A stretch of DNA of 64,000 bases, taken from Gekko japonicus. Its lineage: Eukaryota. The position numbers were made by a program, and so were the translations under genes. The stretch's first letter is position 1. Every line of letters begins with the position of its first letter. This document shows positions 23,335 through 35,244 of the stretch, in pieces. Below the pieces are notes generated by a model, which saw nothing but the letters and a program-made list of their open reading frames with translations, did no database searches and was not told the origin of the DNA. Location: positions 73,267 to 137,266 of the forward strand of contig NW_015163195.1 of NCBI RefSeq assembly GCF_001447785.1, given 5' to 3'.

Positions 23335-24254
23335 AGAAAGAAATACTTTTCTCCCTTTCTTACAATACAAGAACTCGTGGGCACCCAGTGACATTGCTGA
23401 GCAGTCAGGTTAGAATGAATAAAAGGAAGTACTTCTTCACCCAAAGAGTGATTAACACATGGAATTCACTGCCACAGGAGGTGGCGGCAGCTACAAGTAT
23501 GGACGGCTTCAAAAGGGAATTAGATAAGCATATGGAGTAGATCTGTCAGTGGCTATTAGCCACAAGGTATAGATAGGAACTCTCAGTCTTGGGAAAGTGA
23601 TGCTCTGTATTCTTTGTGCTTGGGGGGGGCAACAGTGGGAGGGTTTCTAGTGTCCTGGCCCTACTGCTGGACCTCCTGATGGCACCTGGTATTTCTGGCC
23701 ACTGTGTGACATGGAGTGTTGGACTGGATAGGCCATTGTCCTGACCCAACATTGGCTTCTCTTATGTTCTTATGTCCATTGGCTTTTCTTTGTCAATTTC
23801 CATTGATAGTTGAAGAATAGTTCCTCCAGATGATAAGATTTGGGGAGATTTCAACGTGTTGCCTAATCAGCTACATGGTAGATGAGAAAGAGGACAGGAT
23901 GCAGTTACAATAAATAAAATAAACTTACAATTTTATTCTCTTCCAAAGGTGTTCATCTGCATGAGCAAACGAATTAAGATACGTGGCGGAGAGAGTGATA
24001 GGAACAGGCAGTTTGTTGAGAGATGGGTGGGTGAGTTAAGAGTTAAGGACAAGAAAGTATTGAAGGCAGAAACTGCAGGAGGACAAGACTTCAACAGATG
24101 CATTCCCCATGCCCTAAATTAGTTATGCAACCAATAGCCCTAGAGGGCAATTTTTCTTTTTCATAACACCAAACAGCTTTAATTCATGTGTGGAATTCTA
24201 AATCAACGCCCAGAGTTATCGATCATCACAGTACCTAAGATGAAGATGTGTTTT

Positions 24255-24286
24255 CCCCACCAATTTCTCTCTCCTTACAGGTGAGT
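24255..24286 (+). promoter_or_regulatory. OR-B acceptor fused to donor (CAG|GTGAGT)
   Basis: tttctctctccttacAG(24279-24280)|GTGAGT; ATG at 24299. Confidence 0.7.
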
Positions 24287-24298
24287 TCTGAAACCTCA

Positions 24299-25255
24299 AT
24301 GGGAGTGAAGAATCAGACGCAAGTGGTGGAATTTGTCTTCCTGGGTTTCTCCGGCATTCCTAACAGCCACATCTACCTCTTCCTGCCATTCCTAACCATT
24401 TACCTGGTCACTGTACTGGGGAACCTCATGATATTTACTCTGATTCAGCTGGATTCCAGCCTCCAGAGCCCCATGTATTACTTCCTCAGCCACCTCTCCT
24501 TCCTAGATATCTGCATCTCCTCCACCACAGTCCCCAAGATCCTTGTGAACTTCTTGTACCAGCGACAGACCATCACCTACAACCAGTGCCTGGCCCAGAT
24601 GTTCTTCCTGATGTCTTTTGTGGTGACAGAGGCTGCGTTGCTGACCATCATGGCCTATGACCGCTATGCTGCCATCTGCAAGCCTTTGCATTACTTCCGC
24701 CTTATGAACACCAAAGTGTGCACCATTTTAGCCTTTGCCACCTGGGTCTGGGGCTTCCTAGACTCTCTCCTTCATACAGTTCTCAGCTCCAAGTTGCAGT
24801 TCTGTGGAGTCAACCAGATTAATCACATTTTCTGCGATATCCCACCGCTAATGAAAATTTCTTGCAATGATGTGCATATTAATAAAACTGCAACCCACAT
24901 AGCAAGCTTTTTTGTGGGTGTGGTCCCCTTCCTGTTCACGATCCTCTCCTACATCTTCATCCTGTCCTCCATCTTGAAGATCCGCTCCACCACTGGAAAG
25001 CGCAAAGCTTTTTCCACCTGCGCTTCTCACCTCACTGTTGTCATCATTTACTTTGGAAATGGAGTCCTTAACTATAACCGTCCAAGCGCTGGTTATTCCT
25101 TAGAGATCGACACTCTGGTCTCCACCATGTACTGCATCATCACCCCAATGCTGAACCCCCTCATCTACAGCCTCCGGAACAAAGAGGTAAAAGGTGCTCT
25201 GAAGAAGGTTCTGGATAGTCAGAGGAAGGTCTACATGGGGTCTTACAAGCAGTAA
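24299..25255 (+). CDS. Olfactory receptor, class II (OR-B), 318 aa
   Basis: All canonical OR motifs are intact; ends [12 protein letters not shown]...KQ*. Confidence 0.96.
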   Translation: MGVKNQTQVVEFVFLGFSGIPNSHIYLFLPFLTIYLVTVLGNLMIFTLIQLDSSLQSPMYYFLSHLSFLDICISSTTVPKILVNFLYQRQTITYNQCLAQMFFLMSFVVTEAALLTIMAYDRYAAICKPLHYFRLMNTKVCTILAFATWVWGFLDSLLHTVLSSKLQFCGVNQINHIFCDIPPLMKISCNDVHINKTATHIASFFVGVVPFLFTILSYIFILSSILKIRSTTGKRKAFSTCASHLTVVIIYFGNGVLNYNRPSAGYSLEIDTLVSTMYCIITPMLNPLIYSLRNKEVKGALKKVLDSQRKVYMGSYKQ

Positions 25256-25825
25256 GGGAGAACATTTGCAGAAACTGTCAGTATCTGTACCCTTCATGCT
25301 CAGTTGCACATTGTTGCCAACCCCGGTCAAGAGACTCGTGGCTCCTCCTCTTCCTCTCCATCAGTGGTCAACTCTGGATGCACCCTTTGCTAGGCAATGC
25401 CCATAGTTCCTGGCAAGTGCCACATCAAACTTACTGTGACATTGATCTTGTGTGCTACATTATGTTTTATTGGCTTCAATAATATTCTCATATTTTGAGT
25501 AGAAAGAAGATACAAAAATCCTGTAAATAGATGAATACTAAATTATTTCATATCCTCCGATTACAAAGCCGAAATTCTTGTATAATTTTATTATGGGAAA
25601 TGAAAGATATTCATGATATAGTGACTAGAAAGCCAAAGAGTTATAGCTGAAAAGGTTGTCCAAGTATATATTTCCTGTCTGGGTGTGTGCCTCTCACATT
25701 TTATGCTGTCCTCCTTCCAAAGAGCTCATGGGGGCATACATAGTTTCCCCCCCCCATTTTATCTGCATAGCAGCTCTGGGGGATACTTCCAGCTCAGGGA
25801 AGGTGATTGGACCAAGGTCATGCTG

Positions 25826-26588
25826 TATACTGATGTACCTTCCCCAGGAGGCACAGGCTGGGGTCCAGCAGGGCAGGTCACAGGCACGGTTGCAGAGAAT
25901 AACCAAAGTGCAGTCCAAAAGTCAGGGATTCCAGAGAGCAGGTTTACCAGAGTCCAGTCTAGGGTCAAGGTGTTCCAGGCAGCAAGTCCAAGTCCAGTCC
26001 AAGGTCAGGGGTTCCAGTAAAGCCAGTTGTCTGGTCCAATCTGGTTCAACATTACAGAGGTCCAGTAGCAAAGTGTACTTCTTGTGTCCGGAAACTGATA
26101 CTTCTCCCAGCTGAATTTTTAGCCAAGTCTTAATAAGCTAAACTCCCAGCCAATTCCTTGGCAGGCACCCTGAGTCTACTCATTCATCTCTTCAATTGAC
26201 AGCTAATGATGGGCCATGAGTCTTTCACTTCTGCTTTCTTGCAACTCTAAGTGTCTCAGACAGTGTCGGTGCTGCATGGTTGTGGGTGAGCTAGGTGGGC
26301 TGGGAGTGGCTGCTGAAGACTTGTTTACTGCTTCAGAGCTACAAGGTGTAGGATGTGACTCCTACACCTTGTAGCTTGCACAGTGTTTTGCACAGAGTGT
26401 CACATGTATGACTATCTGCCCACTGGACAGAAGTCTTGGGTGTGTGCTCGGTGCAAGGAGCTCCTGGTTCTCAGGAGTTCTCAGAGGGCAGGGTATAAAT
26501 CCAATTTCTTCTTCTAATGCCAGTAACTCACAAAGTACAATTTTTGCTCACCAGACTTCACAGCTTAGAGGGAGTATTGCTTATGACA
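25826..26588. mobile_element. Ancient solo-LTR-like insertion, OR-B unit copy
   Basis: Homologous to 34149-34825; ends ttatgaca|ccca. Confidence 0.6.
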
Positions 26589-26631
26589 CCCAATGAGTTT
26601 CATGGACTAAGTGGAGATTGGAACCCAGGCT

Positions 26632-27112
26632 AAGGTGTGTGCCATTTTAGCCTTTGCCACCTGGGCAGATTCTGCTCTCCATACAGCTCTCAGCTCCAAC
26701 GTGCAGTTTTGTGGAGTCAACCAGATTCATCACATTTTCTGTGATATCCCTCCGCTAATAAAACTTTCTTGCAATGATGTGCATATCAATCAACTGGCAA
26801 CTCATACAGCAAGCCTTTTTGTAGGCATGGCCCCCTTCCTATTTTCAATCCGGTAAGCACAAAGCTTTTTCCACCTGTGCTTCTCACCTCACAGTTGTCA
26901 TAGTTTATTTTGGAAATGCATTACTTAACTATAACCATCCAAGTGCTGGTTATTCCTTAGAGACTGACACTCTGGTCTCCACCATGTACTGCATCATCAC
27001 CCCAATGCTGAACCCCCTCATCTACAGCCTCCGGAACAAAGAGGTCAAAGGTGCTCTGAAGAAGGTTCTGGAAAGTCAGAGGAAGGTCTACATGGGGTCA
27101 TGGAGACAGTAA
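26632..27112 (+). pseudogene. OR pseudogene (3' half only, internal deletions, frameshift)
   Basis: Starts at KVCAILAFATW, lacks VWGFL and ~50 nt at the TM5 end, then continues AFSTCASHL...[23 protein letters not shown] to TAA at 27110-27112. The standard OR 3' flank follows. Confidence 0.93.
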
Positions 27113-27691
27113 GGGAGAACATTTGCAGAATCTGTCAGTATCTGTACCCTTCATGCTCAGTTGCACGTTGTTGCCAACCCTGGCCAAGAGACTTGTGGCT
27201 CCTCCTTTTCCTCCCCATCAATGGTCAACTCTGGATGCACCCTTTGCCAGGCAATGCCCATAGTTCCTGGCAAGTGCCACACCAACCTGACTGTGATTTT
27301 GATCTTGTGTGGTACTTTAGGTTCCATTGGCTTCAATATTCTCATATTTTAAGTGGAAAGAAGATAAGGAAATCCTGTAAATCAATGAATAATAAATTAT
27401 TACATACTCTCAAAATACAAAACCTAAACGCTTGTATAATTTTTATTATGGGAAATGAAAGAGATATTCACGATGTAGCCATTAGAAAGCCAAAGAGTTA
27501 TAGCTGGAAGATTGTCCAAGTATACATTTCCTGTCTGGGTGTGTGCTTCTCATATTTTATTTCATTTCATTAGATTTTATGCTGTCCTTCCTCCAAAGAG
27601 CTACATAGTTCTCTCTCCCTCATTTTATCTTCATAGCAGTTCTGGGGGATACACCCAGCGGAGGGAAGATGAATGGCCTAAGGCCACCCAG

Positions 27692-28649
27692 GGTACTGAT
27701 GTACCTTCCCCAGTTCCCCAGGAGGCAAGTAACAGACAAGGTTGCAGAGAGTAACCAAAGTCCAGTCCAAAAGTCAGGGGTTCCAGAGAGCAGGTTTCCT
27801 AGAGTCCAGTTTAGTGTTGAGGAGTTCTAGGTAGCAAGTCCAAGTCCAGGCCAGTGCAAGAACACGAAGATGAGAAGAGATTGGATTTCTACCCCGCCCT
27901 TCACTTGGAGTCTCAGAGTGGCTTACAAACTCCTTCCCCTCCCCACAACAGACACCCTGTGAGGTAGGTGGGGCTGGGAGAGCTCTGACAGAAACTGCTC
28001 TTTTTCAGGAACATCTCAAGGAGAACTATGGATTGCCCAAGGTCATCCAGCAGATGCGAGAGGAGGAGTGGGGAATCAAACCCAGTTTTCCCAGATTAGA
28101 GTCCACACACTTAACCACTACACCAAACTGGCTCCAGAAAAGCCGGATGTCAGGTCTAAGGTTGCAGAGGTCCAGTAGCAGCAAATTTGGTAGCAGAGTA
28201 TAAAAGTGTACTTGCTGTGTCCACAAACTGCTGCTTCTCCCAGCTGAATTTATAGCCAACCCTTAATGAGCTAAACTCCCAGCCAATTCCGTGGCAGTCA
28301 TCCTGAAACTATTCATTCAACTCTTCAACTGTCAGCTGACGACAGGCCATGAGTCTTGCACTTCTTCTCCATTCTTTCAATTCTAAGTGTCTCTGACAGC
28401 GTCAGCACTGCAAAGGTGTCTGTGGGGGAGCTAGGTGGGCTGGGAGTGGCTACTGAAGACTTGTTTACTGCTTCAGAGCTACAAGGTGTAGGCTGTGGCT
28501 CCTGACCAGCCAGTAACCTGATCTCTTGTTGTTCTCCTTTTGGCTTAGAGCCAGCTGCAGCCGGCTGTTCACTTACTAACTCGGGGCTAGCAGGTAGCTC
28601 TTTGTCAGAGAAATCTAAGCCATCACTCAGCACAGACTGATTTATAACA
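27692..28649. mobile_element. Ancient solo-LTR-like copy containing a Squam3-like SINE (~27860-28135, -)
   Basis: cccag flanks; homologous to the other unit copies. Confidence 0.65.
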
Positions 28650-31290
28650 CCCAGTGAGTGCCATGGCTTGAGTGGGGATTGGAACCAAGTTTGGTGTAGT
28701 GGTTAGGAGCACGAGCTCTAATCTGGGAGAACCGCATTGTGCCTTTTACTGGGACCAGCCCAATGACCCTGAACAGGGGTTCAGGACAGGCAGCACCTAG
28801 GCCAATCAATCAATCAATTTATATCAGTCATAGACCAGTGAACAATACAATAAGAGGCAAGTAAATAACAGGTAAAAGAACAGATAAAATATAATAACAT
28901 GTAAAATTATAAAGAGGAATCGAAAAGGTTTAAAATACAGAAATGGTAAAAATAAATATTAAGATCAAAGGTTAAAAATAGATCTAGGCCTATCTGTACT
29001 TCTTTATCTGGTTTAGGACAGGCAGCAGCTAGGCCAGTCCATTGTGTGTTTACATATGCTGCACGGCCTTCTGGGTATAAATGGTGTTTACTTCTCCCCT
29101 GCAATTCTGAGACGAGATCCGTCCCAATTCTCTGAGCCTCCAGCCATTATGCGCTACTCCCTCTGGATTTCCGCTCTAGGAGAATCCCCCAGGACCCCAG
29201 GGCAAGAAAAGAATTCTCATCTCCAGGTGCTGTCAGCCTTGTACACCTCTGGCTGCAGAGAGACCTGCCCCACGGCATCGGCAACGTCAAGGTGGAGGCA
29301 TGCCTTCCACGTCTATTGTTGCTTCCACATCGAGGGACAACCAGGCACTAACATCCTGACAACTCTAGGCTAAGCTGCTCTGTCTTCCTGCGAATGGGAT
29401 GAACAGGAGCACAACGCCTGCAGGTGGAAGAACCCAGCCGTGATTTGTCATCCGTGGGCAAAAGTGAGTAGGTTTTTCCAGCCACCAGTGTTCCTAGAGG
29501 CTGAGTGATTCCTCTCTCAAATGGCAGGCAGACAAAAGGGGGTGGCTTCCTGAGCCCTTTGGCTGGCAACAGCCTCTCTGGGTGAGCCTCACTGAGCTAC
29601 GGTTTGTTCAGGAGAATGGAATGGAGACCACATGTATTTTTACTCAAGGATTGTGCTAGATAGAAGAATGAAGGATTAGCGTCTCTGCCACTTCGGTGGC
29701 TTGAATATGTGCCATCGAGGTAGTGGAAATGCTGAAGAAGCATGGCTCTCACCTGCCTGCGCTGCAGTTACGGACCACTGAACCAAGACCCACAGGGGGT
29801 GAGACCCATCTCAGTCATTTGGACAGGCTGGACAGATTGGTCAGAGGCACTAACATCCTGACAACTCTAGGCTAGGTTGCTCGGTCTGCTTGTGGTTGGG
29901 AGGAACAGGAGCGGAACGCCTGCAGGTGGAGGAACCCAGCCGTGATTGGTCATCCGTGGGCAAAAGTGAGTAGGTTTTTCTAGCCAACTGTGTTTCTAGA
30001 GGCTGAATAATCCCTCTCTCCAATGGCAGGCAGCCACTCCAGGTGCACCTTACGGAGCTATGGTTAGCTCAGTAGAATGGAATTGAGACCTTAAGTGTTT
30101 TTATTCTAGGATCGTGCTAGATACAAGACTAAAGGACTCTTGTCTTTGCCACTTTGGTGGCTTGAATATGTGCCATCGAGACAGTGCCCCAATAAAGGAA
30201 AGGCTGAAGAAGCATGGCTCTCACTTTTCTGTGCTGCAGTTACGGACCACTGAACCAAGACCCACAGGGGGTGAGACCCGACTCAGTCATTTGGCCGGGC
30301 TAGACAGATTGATCAGAGGCCAAAGCATCGAGGACACAAAGCCCCTGCATGCAACGCTCCCTAGCATACACTAGCATTATTCGCTTATAGTGGCAAGTAC
30401 ATGAAGGGAGAGAAGTATTTGGTTCAGAGATCAGAGGGAAGCCAGGGATGGGCGGACATCGATGGAGGGGTGAAGGAGGAGGGCGTGGAGTTCACAGTTA
30501 AGCCAAGTCCAGGTAGATTTAAGGTTCAAAGGCAAGCCTGAGGAGGAGCCCGGGGATGTCCCACAATTGCAGCTGATCTCCAGACGGAGCTATCTAATAG
30601 GGGATCAGGCAGATGATGGCTCTTGGTGCTTTGGCTCAAGGTGCTCTAATACTGAGCCACAGCCCAGGAGTAGAAAGGTCTGTGGCTTCCAGGTTCTAGA
30701 GAAAGAGTCGGTTTTTATACCCCACTTCTCTCTACCTTAAGGAGTCCCATCGTCACTTGCAATCACCTTCCCTTCCTCTCCTCACAACAGGCACCTTGTG
30801 AAGTAGGTGGGACTGAGAGAGGTTGGAGAGAACTGGGACTGTCCCAAGGTCACCCAGCTGGCTTCACATGGAGGAGGAGTGAGGAAGAAAACATAGCTCT
30901 CCAGATTAGAATCTACTATTCTTAACCACTACACCGCACTGGCTCTCTTTTCACATTGCTCGGGAGGATAAGATAAGCTCCAGACGATAAGATCGTGCTG
31001 CGTCCAGGAGGGGAAGCAGAATTGTCTGGTGGTTTAAGGAGCCGAGCCAAACATTCTGTAGTTTTGTGGGGAGAGTGCTGCATAGAGGGGGGACGATGGA
31101 GGTGGGACCATGGAAGGTCAGAGAAGAGAACATATCAATAGTTGAGGCCAGAGCAGTCGAGACCATGAACTGGAGTTTTCACAAAGGAAAGTCTGTATTT
31201 CTGTAGAATTGCTAAGAACAGGAAAGATTTATGCGATCTGTAGAGAAACCAGAGTATGCTAAGAACAGACTGACGTGACTTGGAACGTCT

Positions 31291-31437
31291 TGGCTGTGGT
31301 CATACACTAAATAATCTGATTTCAATGCACTTTCAATGCACTTTCCAACTGGATTTTTACTGTGTGAATGGGCAAAGTCCAGATGGAAAGTGTACTTAAA
31401 GTGGATTGAAAGTGGATTATTTAGTGAGCACAGCCTT
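31291..31437. mobile_element. Short palindromic MITE-like insertion (copies at ~38517-38665, half copy at ~50720-50780)
   Basis: ggctgtg...cactaaataat...actttccaactggattttt / aaagtccagatggaaagtg...attatttagtgagcacagcc. Absent from the paralogous sites at ~13610 and ~59890. Confidence 0.7.
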
Positions 31438-32639
31438 TCAGTCTTTGTCACTGAATTGAAAAAAAGGAGTTATTTTCACTGATACCCTACCACTGCTGCA
31501 CAGCAATTTTAATTTCTCGCCCTTTCTTGCAAATTTGCATGGCTTTCTCTTTGTGGTTCTCTAATCTGATCCGGCACACGGGTCATGATCTTGGCAGTTT
31601 TTTAGAGCCTGTCCTGTGGGGATTGCACTCTGTCCTCCAAATAGGTCAATCTGAGAGATTCTTAAATCCGGCAGTTTGCAAAAGGTCCATGTGCCTCAGC
31701 TGCCATTTTAGTATTAGGCTTGCAGAGATGCCAAGAATTGTCACCCACCCCCCAAGCATTAAAGCACTATGGCATTAAAGAGAAAAATGTTTTCATAGCA
31801 TTAGGCTTCAACATCCCAGTGGCACTCTCTCTCCTTACACATAATGTCAGTTTCTTTCTGCACTGATGATCCCCCCCCTTTATTTTGTTCGAATGCAGCA
31901 CTGAAATCTTTTTTTTTCCACTGAGGATGCTGCTGTTTGCCTCCTCTCCGATCCCCCTTTCATGACAAATACCAGTAGGAAATGCAACTTTACACAGCTC
32001 CTTTTACACTTTTCCCTGTGGTTTTAATTTTCTTTAAATTTATAGACTCATGACTACTGAATCACTAGACTCATGCTGCTTGTAAAAAAAAACTAGAAAA
32101 ATTTGAAAAGAAGAGGAAATTGGAGCTTGTACACCAATGAAGGGTGGAGGATCGCAGGAGGTACAGTGTGGGCAGAGTAACCTTGATGTGGGCTGGGGAG
32201 TGACCTTCGAGGGGCACCAAAAGGGCAGGGGGGGAAACCTGAGGGAATCTGTATGCTTTTGATTTACTTTCAGCTTGGAAGTGAAACAAGGGGGAAATTG
32301 CCCGCTATCGCCGTGCATGCCCGTCAGGTTGTCTTTGTCATTTTGCATTGATAGTTGGAGAATAGTTCCTCCAGGTGTGAAGATCTGGGGAGATTTCAAA
32401 GTGTTGCCTAATCAGCTACATGGTAGATGAGAAAGAGGAGAGGATGCATTTACGAAGGATAAAAACAGCTTACAATTTTGTTCTCATTTCCCTACGCCTT
32501 GATTTAGTTATGACACCAGTATCCCTAGAGGGCAACATTTCTTACTCATAACAACAAATTGTTTTAATTCATGTGAAGAATTCTAAGTCGACACCCAGAG
32601 CTATTGATCATCACAGTACCTAAGATGAAGATGTTCTTT

Positions 32640-32671
32640 CTCCACTTATTTCTCTCTCCTTACAGGTGAGT
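32640..32671 (+). promoter_or_regulatory. OR-C acceptor fused to donor (CAG|GTGAGT)
   Basis: tttctctctccttacAG(32664-32665)|GTGAGT; ATG at 32684. Confidence 0.7.
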
Positions 32672-32683
32672 TCTGAAATCTCA

Positions 32684-33640
32684 ATGGGAGTGAGGAATCA
32701 GACGCAAGTAGTGGAATTTGTCTTCCTGGGTTTCTCTAACATTCCGAACAGCCACATCTACCTCTTCCTGCCGTTCCTAGCCATTTACTTGGTCACTGTT
32801 CTGGGGAACCTCATGATATTTACTCTGATTCAACTGGATTCCAGCCTCCAGAGCCCCATGTACTACTTCCTCAGCCATCTCGCCTGCCTAGACATCTGCA
32901 TCTCCTCCGTCACAGTCCCCAAGATCCTGGTGAACTTCTTGTACCAGCGACAGACTATCACCTACAACCAGTGCCTGGCCCAGATGTTTTTCCTGCTCTC
33001 TTTCACGGGGACAGAGGATACGTTGCTGGCAGTCATGGCCTATGACCGTTATGCTGCCATCTGCAAGCCTTTGCATTACTCCCGCCTCATGAACACCAAG
33101 GTGTGCGCCACATTAGCCTTTTCTACCTGGATCTGGGGCTTCCTAAACGCTGCTCCCCATACAGCTCTCAGCTCCAGGTTGCAGTTTTGCGGAGTCAACC
33201 AGATTCATCACATTTTCTGCGATATCCCTCCGCTGATGAAAATTTCTTGCAATGATGTGCATATCAATGTACTGGCAGCCCACATAGCAAGCGTATTTGT
33301 GGGCATGCCCCCCTTCCTGTTCACTATCCTCTCATACAACTTCATCCTTTCCTCCATCTTGAAGATCCGTTCCACCACTGGCAAATGCAAAGCTTTTTCC
33401 ACCTGTGCTTCTCACCTCACCGTTTTCATCATTTACTTTGGAAACGGATTCCTTAACTATAATCATCCAGGCACGGGTTATTCCTTAGAGACTGACACTC
33501 TGGTCTCCACCATGTACTGCATTATCACCCCAATGCTGAACCCCCTCATCTACAGCCTCCGGAACAAAGAGGTGAAGAGTGCTCTGAAGAAGGTTCTGGA
33601 AAGTCAGAGGAAGGTCTACAAAGGGTCTCACAAACAGTAA
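32684..33640 (+). CDS. Olfactory receptor, class II (OR-C), 318 aa
   Basis: Canonical OR motifs; intact ORF. Confidence 0.96.
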   Translation: MGVRNQTQVVEFVFLGFSNIPNSHIYLFLPFLAIYLVTVLGNLMIFTLIQLDSSLQSPMYYFLSHLACLDICISSVTVPKILVNFLYQRQTITYNQCLAQMFFLLSFTGTEDTLLAVMAYDRYAAICKPLHYSRLMNTKVCATLAFSTWIWGFLNAAPHTALSSRLQFCGVNQIHHIFCDIPPLMKISCNDVHINVLAAHIASVFVGMPPFLFTILSYNFILSSILKIRSTTGKCKAFSTCASHLTVFIIYFGNGFLNYNHPGTGYSLETDTLVSTMYCIITPMLNPLIYSLRNKEVKSALKKVLESQRKVYKGSHKQ

Positions 33641-33867
33641 GGGAGAACATTTGTCTTTATGCCAACCCTGGCTGACAGACTTGTGGCTCCTCCTCTTCCT
33701 CCCCATCAGTGGTCAACCCTGGATGCACCCTTTGCCAGGCAATGCCCGTAGTTCCTGGCAAGTGCCACACCCACCTGACTGTGATTTTGATCTTGTGTGC
33801 TACTTTATGTTCCGTTGGCTTCAATATTCTCATATTTTAAGTGTAAAGAAGATAAGGAAGTCCTGTA

Positions 33868-33884
33868 AATAAATGAATAATAAA
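33868..33884 (+). terminator. Candidate poly(A) signals of OR-C (AATAAA x2); homologous sites at 53479 (OR-D) and 62827 (OR-E)
   Basis: AATAAA ~230-270 nt after the stop at a conserved position. Confidence 0.45.
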
Positions 33885-34148
33885 TTATTTCATAGTCTCC
33901 AAACACAACACCTAAATGCTTGTATAGTTTTATTATGAGAAATGAAAGAGATATTCATGATGTAGCCATTAGAAAGCCAAAGAGTTATAGCTAGAAGGTT
34001 TTCCAAGTATCCATTTCCTGTCTGGGTGTGTGCCTCTCACATTTTATGCAGTCCTTCCTCCAAAGAGCTACATAGTTCTATCTCCCCCATTTTATCTTCA
34101 TAGCAGTAATGGGAGATAATTCCAGCTGAATGGCCCAAGGTCACCCAG

Positions 34149-34825
34149 TGTACTGATGTGGCTTCCCCAGGAGGCACAGGCTGTGGTCCAGCAGGGCAAG
34201 TAACAGGCAAGGTTGCAGAGAGTAACCAAAGTCCAGTCCAAAAATCAGGTTTTCCAGAGAGCAGGTTTACAAGAGTCCACTCTAAGGTCGAGGAGTTCTA
34301 GGTACCAAATCCAAGTCCAGTCCAGTGCAAGAAGAAGAAGGGAAGAGATTGGATTTATACCCCGCCCTTCACCCAGAGTCTCAGAGTGGCTTACAAACTC
34401 CTTCCCCTTCCCCTCCCCACAACAGACACCCTGTGAGGTAGGTAGGGCTAAGAGAGCTCTGAGAAATTCCGTGGAGGTCATCCTGAAATGATTCATTCAA
34501 CCAACTGACAGCTGACAACAGGTCATGAGTCTTGCACTTCTTCTCCATTCTTTCAACTCTAAGTGTCGCTGACAGTGTCAGCGCTGCAAGGGTGTCTGTG
34601 GGGGAGCTAGGTGGGCTGGGAGTGGCTGCTGAAGACTTGTTTACTTCTTCAGAGCTACAGGGTGTAGGCTGTGGCTCCTGACCAGCCAGTAACCTGATCT
34701 CTTTTTGTTCTCCTTTTGGCTCAGAGCCAGCTGCAGCCGGCTGTTCAGTTACTAACTCGGGGCTAGCAGGTAGCTCTTTGTCAGAGAAATCTGAGCCATC
34801 ACTCAGCACAGACTGATTTATGACA
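34149..34825. mobile_element. Ancient solo-LTR-like insertion with 5-bp TSD (cccag), internally deleted, containing a SINE fragment
   Basis: cccag|TGTACTG...TTATGACA|cccag, inside an older SINE-like sequence (ggcccaaggtcacccag...tgagtg). Confidence 0.75.
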
Positions 34826-35244
34826 CCCAGTGAGTGCCTTGACTTGAGTGGGGATTGGAACCAAGTTTGGTGTAGTGGTTAGGAGCACGAGCTCTAATCT
34901 GGGAGAACCGCATTGTGCCTTTTACTGGGACCAGCCCAATGACCCTGAACAGGGGTTCAGGACAGGTCATATTGCCTCGTGCCAGTGGATAAGATTACAC
35001 CCGTGTTACGGAAGTAACTATTTTTTTTTTTAAGGCAGAAGGGCCAGTTCTGAGCGTGGTCTTACCTAAGTCAAAGACCTCCGTTCTTAGGTTTGCCAAG
35101 TCTGGAGATCTCTTGGGATCACAACAGATCTACAGGCAACGGGAATCAATTCCCTTGAAGAAAATGGCCGCTTTGGAAGGCTCTGTAGGATCATACCCCC
35201 TTGAAGTCCCCCCCCCAAACCCCAGCCTCCTCAGGCTCCCGCCC

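Larger units (their letters stand above)
14628..23775 (+). mobile_element. 5'-truncated CR1 LINE split into three pieces (14628-15564, ~21429-21447, 23335-23775) by nested insertions
   Basis: GRSCLTNL...YLDFQKAF, KFVDDTKL, RPHLEYCVQFWSP, LGLFSLEKRRLRGD; resumes at 23335 and runs to the ttcttatg tail. Its two flanks join as the conserved OR-upstream block seen uninterrupted at 51750-51800. Confidence 0.85.

Noticed and set aside
28325-28633. Recurrent minus-strand ORF MLSDG.DFSDKELPASPE (also 34381-34809, 54394-54666)
   Set aside because: It lies inside the duplicated solo-LTR-like element, varies in length through indels, and has no recognisable domain. Recurrence follows from duplication.
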